From NCBI GenBank assembly GCA_034780895.1, contig JAUZTB010000071.1, positions 14,313,467 to 14,377,466 of the forward strand: 64,000 nt of DNA, written 5' to 3'. Under the pieces are notes generated by a model. It was not told where the DNA came from and ran no database searches. It saw nothing but the letters and a program-made list of their open reading frames with translations. Origin of the DNA: Rhynchobatus australiae. Its lineage: Eukaryota. Made by a program: the position numbers and the translations under genes. This document shows positions 28,260 to 40,901 of the stretch, one piece after another; position 1 is the stretch's first letter, and each line of letters opens with the position of its first letter.

Positions 28260-29200
28260 GAGACCCTAAGTTCTTTCTATAGCTGGACCCAAATGGCAGC
28301 ACGCTCATGTTCAAATCCAAGCGTAGTTGGTTCAAGACCCTCTTCCAAGGGTGAAACACAAAGATCTGGGCTGTTGCTTTAATACAGGACCATACACATC
28401 CTGCATTGTTAGAGCTGCAGTCTCTCAGATAAGATGCTAAACTGATAGATGTAAAAGATTCCACAGTGCTTTTTGATGAGGAGCAGTGGATTATCCCTGC
28501 TGAAAAGTTTTTAAAAAACTGCAGATGCTGGAAATCTGAAATAAAAACAGAAACTGCCAGAAACACTCAGCAGGTTAGGCAGCATCTATGGAAAGAGGTA
28601 CAGAGTTAACATTTCAGATACTTCATCAGAGCTGGGGAAGATAGAAAGCAAGTTAGTTTTAAGCTGCAGAGAGGGTAGTGTGTGATATGGACAGGGCAAA
28701 GAGAATATCTCCAATAGGGTGCGACCAGGGTGGCTGTGGAGATAGGCTGTAAGAGGTCACCCAGCTGTTGGGTTAATGGGGAGAGTTAGAGAGTGAAAAT
28801 ACAAACAAAGGAATGTAAAAATTATGAAATGCAGGATTGTAAAACATGCCCAGCTGGTCAGCTTGTGCTAAGAAAAGAGGAGAGAGAAAGGCTGAGCCAA
28901 GATCACTGCCAACTGACTTACAGCGGATAGCCAGTTCTGATAGAAACAAAGAAAGCTGACTTTGAAAGAGTCAATATTTGAGTCTGGCAGGTTGGTGTCT
29001 AAGACAACATGTATCATTTAATCAATATCATCAACAGATTATTTGTTCATTATCACATGACTCCTTGTGGAAACTTGAGGTGGGTGAATTAGATGCTCCA
29101 TTTCCTGCATATAAAGTATGACTGCATTTCAGAAACACTTCATTTTGGAGGGTTTTGGGATATCCTAAAATGGGTATTAAAGGTTCTATGTACATTCAAG
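28260..29200 (+). mobile_element. Deu-domain SINE split by a Penelope-like insertion (28515-28995)
   Basis: 5' half ends at gaggagcagtggattatccctg (about 28500). 3' half resumes at about 28995 (ggtgtctaagacaacat..aacagattatttgttcattatcaca). Confidence 0.7.
28515..28995 (-). mobile_element. Penelope-like 3' end (other copies at 3441-3545, 8090-8301, 10290-10560, 29225-29415, 60272-60458)
   Basis: ctgcagatgctggaaatctgaaataaaaacag..ctcagcaggttaggcagcatct block. Minus-strand ctgatgaagtatctgaaatgttaact near 28604-28629. The copies at 8090, 29225 and 60272 are fold-backs. Confidence 0.7.
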
Positions 29201-32200
29201 TGGAACCAAAGTGCTAAAGCTGCTAATTTCGGAAATCTGAAATAAAAGCAGATAACACTGGAAATACTCAGCAGGTCAGGCAGCATCTGTGGAGAGAGAA
29301 ACAGAGATAATGCTTCAGTTGCTGGCCATTCATTGGAATTTTCATCAACCTGCAATGCTAACTCTGGTTCTCTCTCCACAGATAGCTTGCTGATAATTTC
29401 CAATATTTTCTGGTTTCATTAATCTAAATTCATGTTTTTCTTACCATCTTTAAACAGAAAAGGTTTCAATGCACTTACTTTATACTGACTGTTCAAAAAT
29501 TTCTTGATAATATTTTCATTTTACTACCTTGCAGCAATAGCCTCAGCAGTCAGTTTATGAAAATCCCCCTGAATCCCTTAAATCCTATGAAAATACCTTA
29601 GGTAATCTTTCCATTCATTTTTACACATTGATACAGATATTCTTTCTCTGGCACAAATCTCTACTATCATTTGATTGCTTCCAAGAGCAATGGTCCTATT
29701 ATGTAAAGACAACCCCAGTCAGTACTGAAATTAATGTCATCATAGCTGTAGTCTTCCACAATAATTGAGAACACATTTGGAGATCAGTTTCAGCTCCCTT
29801 CCCCTATCTAACTGTCTGGACACATAGTGTTATTAAACAATTTCTATCAGGAATGAAAACCTGCAAAGAACTTATCATTCTAATTTAATTCTCCCTAGAT
29901 TTTATAGCCATCAATTGAAGTAATTGTCCATTGTCTTGGGTTCTTGCTAGAAACTGTAGAACATCTTCAGATTTGTGGATCTTCTATTCCAGTTTCAGCC
30001 CTGCAACTCTGGGCACTTTTACAGTTTTCCCTTTGGTCTAAAATTTTGGACAAACTTAATTTAGTTACATTGTAAGGAATTTAAATGTGCTTTTTCTATT
30101 ATTTGTTATAATTGTCCAGTTTAAGGATTGTTTTTTATTTATTTCTTCTCTGCTAGTAATGGAAGTGATATAATTGTTCATGCTGAATGTTGAATTAAGG
30201 TTCCTAACTCCTTAGACAGATAAATGGGATTCTTCTGGACATTCTTCCTTGTCAGTCGCGAGACTAACATTTTCCCCATCCTCAGAGAGGTTTACAAAGA
30301 CAACTCAGAGACTTAAGAAGGGCATTTGAAGTCACATTTTAGCTGGATAAGAGAGTCAGATCTCCTTCTTTAAAGGACATTAGTGAACCAAATGATTTTT
30401 TATGAGAATCTGATACTTTCATGATACTAGCTTTTTATTCCACATTTACTTAAACAGTCAAATTTAACTTCCCCATCTGCCATTGTGGCAACTGAACTCA
30501 AATCATCAATTCATTTGACCAAGTGTCTGGATTATTAATCCAGTAATTTTACCAGTGTATTTCTGTATTCTATAATAGGGCAGGAAATGAAGGTTTAAGG
30601 TAAATAATAATAATTAAGGAATAGTAATACTGGAATTTTAATCAAAACAAGCATTTTCTTCACAAATAGTACAATTAACAAAACTATCCATTCACTATAA
30701 ATGAATGGGACACTTTTAACATAAACAAGAGTGCATACCAGATTAGAGCAAATGAAACATTAAGTCTAACAATGGAGATAATCAATGAGATATCAACCAC
30801 AAAAGAAACTTAAATTAAGATAATAATTACAGTAGAAGATTAATGAGGCAATTACTCTCCATGCAAAAACATTTAAACAGTGTGTGTACATAACTGAAGC
30901 CTGTGCTTGCAGGAAAACATTACATAGGTATAAAGTTCACAGCCAAAACTGTGAACCCAAACTCTTCAGCAAAGGCAAGTCTTAAATCGCTGGAGTAATA
31001 CTTCCATTTATCACAACCAAATGAGCAATTGAAATCATGACTCTCTGTAGGCATAAGTTGGTGCAATGGTAGGGATGAGGATATTATAGAGTAGTTTTAA
31101 AAAAACAGCTGACAATTTCAAGCTGTGAATCCACTCACATTCTGCTAGAGGGATGGTATTTCTCAATAGGAAACTTCCATAAGTTCCTCCCAAGTTAAAC
31201 ATTTGAATTGCGCTCAGCCGGTGAGTATTCAGGATAGGAAGTGTATATTATGCCCTTACTGTGAACTGGGTTTCAGTTCATCTGCATTCTTAATACCTTA
31301 TGGCAGTGGAAATCAGAAGGGGCCCTGCAGTGTGGGGCCAACATTCCTGGTGGAAATATTAAACAGAGGTTCTGTCATCTTCTTCTGCTCAATGATAAAG
31401 GTCTCATGACACCAATCGTAAAATAAGATAGACTGGGTATCTGTAATCATCCCACAAAAACTTTTCCATTTGCTTCCAGTCCTCATTCTAAATGTGGTGN
31501 NNNNNNNNNNNNNNNNNNNNNNNNNNNNNNNNNNNNNNNNNNNNNNNNNNNNNNNNNNNNNNNNNNNNNNNNNNNNNNNNNNNNNNNNNNNNNNNNNNNN
31601 NNNNNNNNNNNNNNNNNNNNNNNNNNNNNNNNNNNNNNNNNNNNNNNNNNNNNNNNNNNNNNNNNNNNNNNNNNNNNNNNNNNNNNNNNNNNNNNNNNNN
31701 NNNNNNNNNNNNNNNNNNNNNNNNNNNNNNNNNNNNNNNNNNNNNNNNNNNNNNNNNNNNNNNNNNNNNNNNNNNNNNNNNNNNNNNNNNNNNNNNNNNN
31801 NNNNNNNNNNNNNNNNNNNAGCCATTGGTTTCTTGAATATAAATTACTAGTTATTTTTCAAATGTGGATTTTAATTTACATCATTTATATTAGACAGAAA
31901 ATATGTAATTGCTCCTTTTCCTTTAATGTATCAGTAAAATATGAAATATCTCTGGTCTCATTTCCCTAATGAATCTCTGATAAAATACTTTAATATATTG
32001 CATGACCTTTATCCTTACTTGTTACAGATAAGTTACAGACATTCGTGGTACAGTATGGGCAGACCATATGTTTCAGTATGGAGATTTCACTGCCTAGTTT
32101 CCCACATGCAGTCATAATGACCTGCTTTTCACAGTTACCACAGCATTTGCAAGTTCAAAGGTCACACTGCTTTGATGTCAAGCACGAAATGTTTCCTCAC

Positions 32201-32759
32201 AAAACAATAACATACAACTTCAGCATGGACAGATGGTCCAAACAGCCTTCGTTGGGACACGCTTTAATTTAAACAGTCATTGTTCAACCTGGATTTAATC
32301 TGTGGCTTGTTAAACGGACCCATTTATCAAACGCAAGTACTGATGTACAAAACCAGGGTGAGCAGCTGTTGATATGGCAATTTCAATCCTTTAACCTATA
32401 GGAGAACCTTTTGACACCTTGGTAATATTTCCATAGAAATTCCTCCAGACACCCTCTGTGCAGCAGCCTCTTGCCTAAACACTTGATGCCATGACCTTTG
32501 ACATAACACACATTGGGTCACTGTGATACACTGATCGTACCATTATAAATGCTACTTCTGCCAGCCAATTATATAAACAGCAAAGCATCACTCTTGCCAC
32601 TTCTCTCAACTCCCAACCAGTGTCGGTGACCAAATAAATATAGCTATCCATCTCTCTATCTCCATCGATCTATGCCTCACTCCATCTTCTATTCCCTTTT
32701 TCTTTAGTCTTCATTTTTCTCTCATTTGCTTCTGTGTATTTTTCTTCCCAATTTCTCAA

Positions 32760-33275
32760 GTACCAGCTGTGGTAACATTCTCACTTTCGAAAGAAAAAAT
32801 TGTGTGTTTTAAATCNNNNNNNNNNNNNNNNNNNNNNNNNNNNNNNNNCACTCCAGTTCAGCACTGAAGGGATACAACCCTATTAGGCAATACCTTTCAG
32901 TTGAGATGCTAAACCAGTTGAGATGCCCTCTTAACTGAAAGATCTACAGAAATGTTTTTGAGAAGCAATGGAGTTCTCTGCAGTGTCCTGGTGAATATTT
33001 GTGTCTCAAGATTAGTGGGTTCTTACTACCTTGCTGTCGGTGAGAAACAGTATTTTGTTTTTTTTTGTGCATGTAAATACTCAGAGAAATGACAATAAAG
33101 TAAATGTTGAATCTTGAATCTTCAGTTTTGAATCTTGTTTGTAGGACCCTGTGTTATGAATTCTGACTGCTACTTTTCTTATATGGTTGGGACGACACTT
33201 CCAAAAAGTACTTTGTTAACTCTAAGGGGCTTTAGGATTGTGAAAGGTGCTACGTAAAAACAATCACTTCTTTAT
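32760..33275 (+). mobile_element. Deu-domain SINE
   Basis: ctccagttcagcactgaaggga..gagatgctaaacc..gtgtcctggtgaatattt..gtgaaaggtgctac. Confidence 0.65.
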
Positions 33276-33299
33276 ACTTTAGGATAAGATAGATAAAAT

Positions 33300-33845
33300 C
33301 CCTCAGGACTCAGCAATGAATTCAGAAATTTCAAACAACAATTCTTTTCAATTTGTTTCAGAATTGGCTAGTCTGATGAAAGGTCTTCAACCTGCAACGT
33401 TAATCCAATTTTTCTCTCTCCATAGATGCTGCCTGAACTGTTGACTATTTCTAGCATTCTTTTTAGTTGCCAGTTTCCAGTAATTTCAGTATTCAGTATC
33501 TTATTGTTCCAGTATTGCCTTTTTTCTCTCTCCTCTGTCTTCTTTCATCTCTTTCTATTTATGTCTCCTCCAGTCAAATCAGTAGGCCTTCACCATCCTC
33601 TCTTAGCTCATGCTTCTTCCATCACATTCTCTTGAGATCTGCACCCTATCAGACACATTCCTTCGATGCTCTCCATCCTTTCCCTTTCTCTTAAAGGATA
33701 TTCGTTTCCTAACTTTGCCTAATTCTGATGAAAGGTCGCTGAAAAGGTCACATCTTTCTCTCTCCACGTATTCTGTCTGAGCCATTAAGAATGTCCAGTA
33801 TTTTCTATTTTTATTTCAGATTTCCAGCATCCACAATGTTTTTAC
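33300..33845 (+). mobile_element. Penelope-like element 3' end with two tandem hammerhead-like cores
   Basis: 33300-33335 encodes PSGLSNEFRNFK, resembling the PxGLN end of Penelope GIY-YIG ORFs. CTGATGAAAGGTC occurs at 33373 and 33725, each followed by the ctctctccat/cagatgctgcctga terminal block. Confidence 0.65.
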
Positions 33846-36800
33846 TTTTTGTTTGTTATGGGCATAAAAAAGCTGTCCTCTCCTTGCAACTGAGATATTC
33901 TTTAGAAAAAAATCTGAAGTACATGAAATAGGCAAGGAAGGAAGTCAAACTATCTCTGAAGTAGGATTTGAGTGAAAAATGTACAACTTGTAAAACAAAA
34001 TGCCAACCAAGTTACAACCTAGCCATTCCCCTTCCCAGATACATTTACACTAATGCACCAGTATATTACCGCAAGCAAAGTCCAACCATACATTGGTTAA
34101 AGTGCTCCATGCTTCCTTTGTGGAGTGGCAATTGTTTTTCTCAAACACAACAGAATGTAGCATAGAAACTGTGTGAAGACTGGCTGAGAAAAAAGTCAAG
34201 AACATTGTTTATAGCTTCCTAACTAATAGGGAACACATGTAAAACACCCTTTTCATAACACAACCCTCGGTATAGTATGCTTTTATTGGTCCCAAAGGCA
34301 GCACTTTAGAGAGAGTCTACTTTCCACGGATACTGCCTTTGACCCCATGGCACTGTTATAGTTTAACTTCCTGACACATATTTTCTTGTGTGTAGAATTT
34401 GATAGAATATCACCAATTCAGTCAAAATAATGTACATTTATTTAGAACTAAATATTGGTATTTGGAAGGTATAGCGAGCATTCTCCCCATAGCCAAATGT
34501 ACATAGTTTTGCCAAACTTACAGAAGACTAGGTTAGCTGATTACCACTTCTATATGTTTCAAACAATTGTAAAAATCAAAAATAATTAGTAAGGCAAAAA
34601 CGATCTTCTTGAATTAAAGGTTTCCACCCATTGATTCAAATGTTGTGTTCTTCAACGCCATTTTGCTGGACATTTCAGTGACATGCATCTCTTGTGCAGA
34701 AAGTTCATTTGAATCTTATGAACGAAATTGTTGTGAGAAGAAACTTCAGAAGTTTAAATGAGACCTGGCGTGCTCATGGGACTGGGTGGCTGAGCGGGTC
34801 AGACCATTCATCGCTGGGCATGTCCTTTCCATTCAGCTCAGAGGGATACAATGGCATATTCAGTGTAAGTGGGCTGACTGAAGTTAGTTTGAGCTGAGCC
34901 TGCCTTGATCTTGGGAGAAAGAAAAGGCTGCAGAACTTGGCATTGATTAACACTTTTTTCATTTAGTTTCACAAATCATAACTGTCCTACACAGATGAGT
35001 TTTAAATTTGAAAATTAAAGCATCTGTCAGCTATTGCAGTGTCCTTACAAGACTGATTCAATTCAATTACAAAATGCTTTTATCAGGGATGTACAGTTGA
35101 AAATTGATTTTTTTTCCAGAGTTATGATTTGCTTCCCACCAGAAATTCAAGTGGGCACTTCCATTCTTCCCCCTCAAATATGATTTTCATGCTGGGATGC
35201 ATCATTTTTCTGACACCATTCCTTTTGTCTTGGGTTTTGGAAGCAACTGTAGTTTGCTGCAGCAAGCCAATGACTGAAATTGTCATTGGCTGCTCTTCCC
35301 ATTTCGCACACTAAGTGCCCTAGAATGTGCGCTAGAATATCCAGGAACATATTCTTTGCTTTTGGTTGAGAATTGGAAGAAAAGTTTCATCACTGGGCAT
35401 AATGAGTCATTTGACCACAAGGTGCACTGGATTTCAGAAGTGAATTCTTCCTCAAGGTTCTGCTCAAAGCAATTTTGGTGTAAGTTTTTCCCTCAGTTAC
35501 CACATTCTGGCAATGTTTTAGAATTCAGCTTTTTTTTAAGCTTTTGAACTGAGGTGTGCTTAGCTGAAGCACTTTTATTTTAGAGCTGAAAATGGAGTCA
35601 TCGCAAAAAATACATTACAATCTTAAATAACAAAAAAGACTTTAAAAATTATGTGGAAACACCACTTTCATTGATGCATGACATTCCATACTTTTAGAAA
35701 TTTATTGATTTGTTAAAGTCTAAAGTGTGTTATTTGTGTCCCTGCCCCTAAAATGTTTAATATTAAGAACTCCTTTGGAGGACTATCAATGACCTCAATT
35801 AATAGAAACTCCTGATTGTTAATTCATTTTGGGAATGTGGGCACTTTTGTCATCAGGAATAAATCAATTTAATGATTCTTTTAAACAGAACCAAAAGGTT
35901 GTGGAATCCCAGTTTGTGCTGGATACAATTTTTACTTGCGATTCCTCTATTTAGTGTGCTAGTTTTAGTTCAATCACCAGTAAGACCTCAGTGAAACTGC
36001 ATTTGTTGTTCAGTTGAGGTAGAGCCTTACACAATATCAACACTGAACTTTGAAAGCTTGTCTAAAATTGGAAGAAAATGCTGCATTTGTGGTGTACAGT
36101 ACTTAATGAGCATTGCTCTCCAAAAGTTAGCACATGAGAAACCCAGCACTTCCAATCCAAGAAGGCAAGTTATATTGGTACGGTTATACATAAACAACCA
36201 AAACAAGGCAAATGTAAGGGTTGCATAAAATGGGTCAGAAGAAACCTACTAGCTTAAAAAACAGGATCAGATCAGATCTACTTTGGAAGTAGTCAATGTG
36301 ACTGCAAGACAATATTGTCATTGTTTCACCCATCTAACTTGTTGGACAGTTGATCATTTTCAAATGGGTTTAAAGACTGCATTGGAGACAATAATTTGCA
36401 CTTGGGATTTCCATTTGAAAGGCATTACTGCTATATGTGGGAGATTTTGGATAAACTGAAACTTTGGAATAACTAGTTGTATGTGGTAAATTTGATGAAG
36501 GTGATAATTCTAGAAGTTGTTAAGGTTCTCTATAAATTGTGGGATGCACTTCAAGATTTGCAGACAAGACAGAAAAAATTGTGAAAAGTAATATTTTCTT
36601 TTATTAACTGTGCTAATCTGTAGAAATCAGTAGGCATGCTCCTTTCTGTGGGTGGGGTGGAGTTAGGCAGGGGCGGGGAGCAGCTTAAACTAAATCAACA
36701 CACTTAAAACTAAATCACATCTGTGGAATGTTTATCTAAGTAACTATTATTTTTTCCCTTTGGGCACTGCGGTCCCATTCCAGGAACCTGATTGGTTTGA

Positions 36801-37394
36801 TTCATGGGGTCTACCGCAGCAAAAGGTGAGTCAGAGATCTGGAATTGGATGGGTAGAGGGCAAGTCCTGGGAGTGGTTAAAAGGGAGATCAGAGATCATC
36901 GGAGCAGCCCAGCGAGAGGCCAGAGAGTCCAGGAACAGTCAGATGATCAGGCCCATAGCGATAGAGGCTTGATATTGTTGAATCTGCATCTTCTGTAATA
37001 TTGTTTTTAGGTAGCACCTCGGCAGCAACATTAAAATAAAGATGAAAAGAGTAAATTANNNNNNNNNNNNNNNNNNNNNNNNNNNNNNNNNNNNNNNNNN
37101 NNNNNNNNNNNNNNNNNNNNNNNNNNNNNNNNNNNNNNNNNNNNNCTACTTTGTAAGAACTCTTAAAAAAGCATACATCCATTGCCACAGCTACTTAATA
37201 TTGTGCTGTCTAGCAATTCAATGTGTGGGTTCCATTATGAGCTCTTGTGATGTTAAACAAATACCAGCGTAACAAGATTTAATACTTTAATATAACACTC
37301 TTCTGTAATCCATTTAACTGAACAGGATTAATGCCTCCATTAAAGGAATATACTAGTTTGAATATGAGTGGAGGAGGTAGGGTTGTTGAAAAAA

Positions 37395-37560
37395 ATTGAT
37401 TATCTGACCATGCATCTCATTGCTGCTTGTGGGAGATTTTTGGCTGTTTTGCTTTCTGCATAAAACAGTGACAACAGTTCAAAAATATTTTTATTGGCAA
37501 AGTATTTTGTGAGGTTGCAAAAGGATCATGAAAGGTGTTATATAAATACAAGGGCTGCTT
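37395..37560 (+). mobile_element. Deu-type SINE 3' half
   Basis: gattatctgacc..ctcattgctgcttgtggga..catgaaaggtgttatataaatacaag. Confidence 0.6.
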
Positions 37561-37607
37561 TTACTTTCTAACTAGGAACATGAACACCACGTCTCCTGTT
37601 CCAAGTA

Positions 37608-37928
37608 CGGGCCATCGGTGGGTTAAGAACACCCATCTTAAGTACACCCACACATACAAACGAACTCCCACAAAATGATTAAATCCAACGTTCCGACGTA
37701 CATACATACATTTGTTCATACGAACAACAGAACTAGTTTCCTCTCTCTTTCCACTTTTTGTAATTATTTTTTATATATGTCTTATTTACTTTTGATGCCA
37801 TTCATCACAATACTGTGGAGGTATAGTTACCATATTGAGTAATTTTTATGTACTTTCTGACTTACAGACAAAATTTACTTCAGGACACCCATAAATATAG
37901 AACCCATCCGTTATCTGGAGATGGCCTG
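37608..37928. mobile_element. Tigger/pogo-like (Tc1/mariner superfamily) MITE
   Basis: TA|CGGGCCATC ... GATGGCCTG|TA terminal inverted repeats flanked by TA, with subterminal acttac/ttaag repeats typical of Tigger-derived MITEs. Confidence 0.7.
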
Positions 37929-38029
37929 TATTAGGGAATATGAACCTCATGGGCCTTCAATGATGTAAGCCTTCATTCCGGTCTGGACTCTTTACTTTCC
38001 TTCTCTGGTCCTAGAGTCAACCATATAAA

Positions 38030-38290
38030 AGAACATAAGACAATATCTGCAGAAGGAGGCAACTTGGCGCCTCAAACCTGCCCCCTGCCCCTCACATTCA
38101 ACATCATCGTGGCTGATCTGCCCCAGGCCTCATTTCCTCATCTGTGACAGTTCCCCATATCCCTCAATTCTATGACCTTTCAAAAATTTATTTTTACTCT
38201 TTAACTACCCCTAATGAATCACAACACTCCAGGGTAGAGAATTCCAGAGGTTCACCACTTCTTTGTGAAGAAGTTCTTATGCACCTCAGG
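38030..38290 (-). mobile_element. CR1 LINE 3' tail
   Basis: aagaacataaga..ggctgatctg..ggtagagaattccagaggttcaccac..gaagaagttc. Confidence 0.75.
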
Positions 38291-38934
38291 TTTCTGCTTG
38301 TTTAGGAATGATATTATGCTTCTTTTAAAATATATATCTCATATCTCAGGACACTATTATCCACAGCAGTTCATCCAGTTTCTGGTTACCGTTATTTTTG
38401 ATGTGCCTTGTGAATTTAATTGCTTGCTTTGTACATGTAAACTTTAATTGCCTGTCACTGAATTTGAAACAAACAGTACATGTTTTTAGGGAATACACAA
38501 GTCTATATGTCCCAGAAATAATTATAATTGTAGACTGGCTGTTCTACAGGTTAGAAAGTAATGCTTTCTCCTATGGGTTCTAGAGTGATGAGAGACAAGT
38601 CAGTCAAGATTCTTTAGGGCAAGTCACCCAGCTCCTGGTTGGAGTAACTCCACATCACTAAGCGGCTAGTTATCTGATGCTGGGCGTACTAGGGAAGATT
38701 TTTTTTTCTTGGCCTTTGTGCAACAAAGTCATCAAGTTGAAATTTCCTCATGACTGTTCCTGGAAAATGGAGTTTCTTCATTGGAAGTGTGGTGGTATCT
38801 CCTTAACACATGCAAATGATGTTTCTGTTCCACTTCAGGTACATCAGATTGGCAGTGAGAGATAAAAAGAGGAATATTCTGGGCATTAAGCTTTTTTTTT
38901 CAAAACATGATTATACTTTTACAACTCAAAAAAT

Positions 38935-39605
38935 CTTTATGGGATCTTGGCATCAGGGTTAGGCCAGCATTTATTGCCCATTCAAAATTAACTTGATAGT
39001 ATGGTGCTTAAGTTAGTGCATTGGCAGCCAGAGGTCTGGACTATTGATCCAGAGACATCACTTCCAATCCCACCAAGCCAGTGGGACAATTTAAATTAAA
39101 CTAAACTGGTCTCAGTTCTGGTAACCATGAAACTACTGGATTATTGTAAACACGAGTGTAGGGAAATCTGCTGATCTATTTGTGACTCCAGGCCTACTGA
39201 TATGATTGAGTCTTGACTGCCTCTTCAATTAAGGGGCAATTAGGGATGTACAATAAATGCCAGCATTACCAGTGATGTCCACATCCTGTGAATGATTTTT
39301 TTTGAAAAAGCTGTGACCCAAGTGATTTGTTCAATTAATTCAAAGAACAGTTAAGAGTCAACCACATTATTGTGGGAGTAGGATCACACCTAGGTAAGGT
39401 TGGCAAGTTTCCTTCTCTGAAGTATATTTGCAAACCGAATAAGGTTTTTAAATGACAGGCCAATAGTTTCATGGTAACAATTATTAATACTAACTTCTTT
39501 AATTCCACATATATTTAATTTAAATTCTCCAACTGTCATGGTGGGATTCAACCTCTATTGCTTCTATATCAATTGCCTTGAAACTTGACCATTATGTTAC
39601 CACAC
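38935..39605. mobile_element. tRNA-headed SINE (minus strand) with a second copy of the same family nested in the opposite orientation (39000-39305)
   Basis: The outer copy has ccagcatttattgccca at about 38965 and gttaagagtcaaccacatt..gtgggattcaac at 39350-39555. The inner copy reads the same motifs on the plus strand and ends gggcaattagggatg..caataaatgc. Confidence 0.7.
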
Positions 39606-40215
39606 CATAGCCAGCCCCTAATGTTGCATTTATCCCATGCTATAATTAATCTGGGCAGACTTGCTTCTGATTTTGACTCCAAAAAATATTCCCTTTGTCC
39701 AGTGTTAGTATCTCTCATCTTTGTAGGTGCTAATTTGACTACCACCAAATACCAATATAACTCATTACTTACATAATTTTATTAATTTAAATGCTTTGAT
39801 ACAAGAAAGAGTGAATATTTATCTGTTTCCATTTATATCAAAAAGTCTTAAACATTGGAATAAAATTGTTATAATTTAAATTTTATTCTAAATGATCTGT
39901 CTGATATAATCAAAAGATAAATGGTTAGTTAGAATTGCAAAAGCCAAGGGTGATACATAAGTTTGAAAAATATTTATTCATCAAATATAAAACACTGGTG
40001 ATCTTCACCTGAGGATGCACAATCACACACTGGCTGAATTTTGTCAAGAAGGCTTACAAGTTGAATGGGTACAAAGTTTCAGCTGGGATCTGTTTTCTTT
40101 CACGTACTCTGGAATCTCAACGGAATTCCTAATCAGATTATAACAGGCAGGGAGCAATAAGGGTGGGGGTCCAGGGCTTTAACGCCAGGTTTGGAACAGG
40201 CTGCTGCCTACTGGG

Positions 40216-40901
40216 GAGATACAAGCGACTGCAGATGCTGGAATCTGGAGCAACAAACAAACTGCTGGAGGAGCTCAGAAGGTCGAGCAGCATCTATGGG
40301 AGGAAAGGAATTGTTGATGTGTTGGGTCAAAAACTTGCACCAGGACTGAGAGGTAAGAAGCAAGATGGCCAGTATAAAGAGAAGGGGAGTGGTGAGAACG
40401 GAGTCTGAGGTGACTGGTGGACTGAGGAGGGGTGTAAGATGACAGGCAGGTAGTGCCAGGTAGGGGAGGGGAGCAGGGGTGGAGTTGGGAGACACTGGCA
40501 GGTGAATGATAGATGGAGGCAGACAAGAGTCTAGCATTGTGTTCCTGCTTATCTCCTTCCACCAGCTGTCTCCAAGCTTCACACTCCCCTCCTGCCACCT
40601 TGCGCCATCTGCCTCTCCATGTACCTACATTTCTTTTCTCTCTCTCTCTTTGTCTGCCTCGGTCTATCAATCATCTGCTACCCTCTGCTACCTGGCACAA
40701 CCTGCCCATCATCTTTCACCCCTCCTCAGTCCACAAATCACCTCGGACTCCTTCCCCACCCCTCCCCTTCTCCTCCTTATGCTGGCCATCTCACCTCTCC
40801 ATTCCAGGTCCTGAGGCAGGGTTTCAACCCAAAGCATCGATAATTCCTTTCTTCCCACAGATGCTGCTCAACCCGTTGGGTTCCTCCAGCAGATTGTTTG
40901 T
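40216..40901. mobile_element. Fold-back Penelope-like terminal element (about 690 bp) with target-site duplication
   Basis: The left arm (about 40249-40527) is the reverse complement of the right arm (about 40648-40905). The 14-nt direct repeat tgctgcctactggg lies at 40202-40215 and 40902-40915. Confidence 0.8.

Noticed and set aside
34774-34962. Minus-strand peptide PSELNG resembling the MEOX2 tail PSELSG, as a possible alternative last exon
   Set aside because: A six-residue match only, and its frame is incompatible with the phase-0 exon 2 donor.
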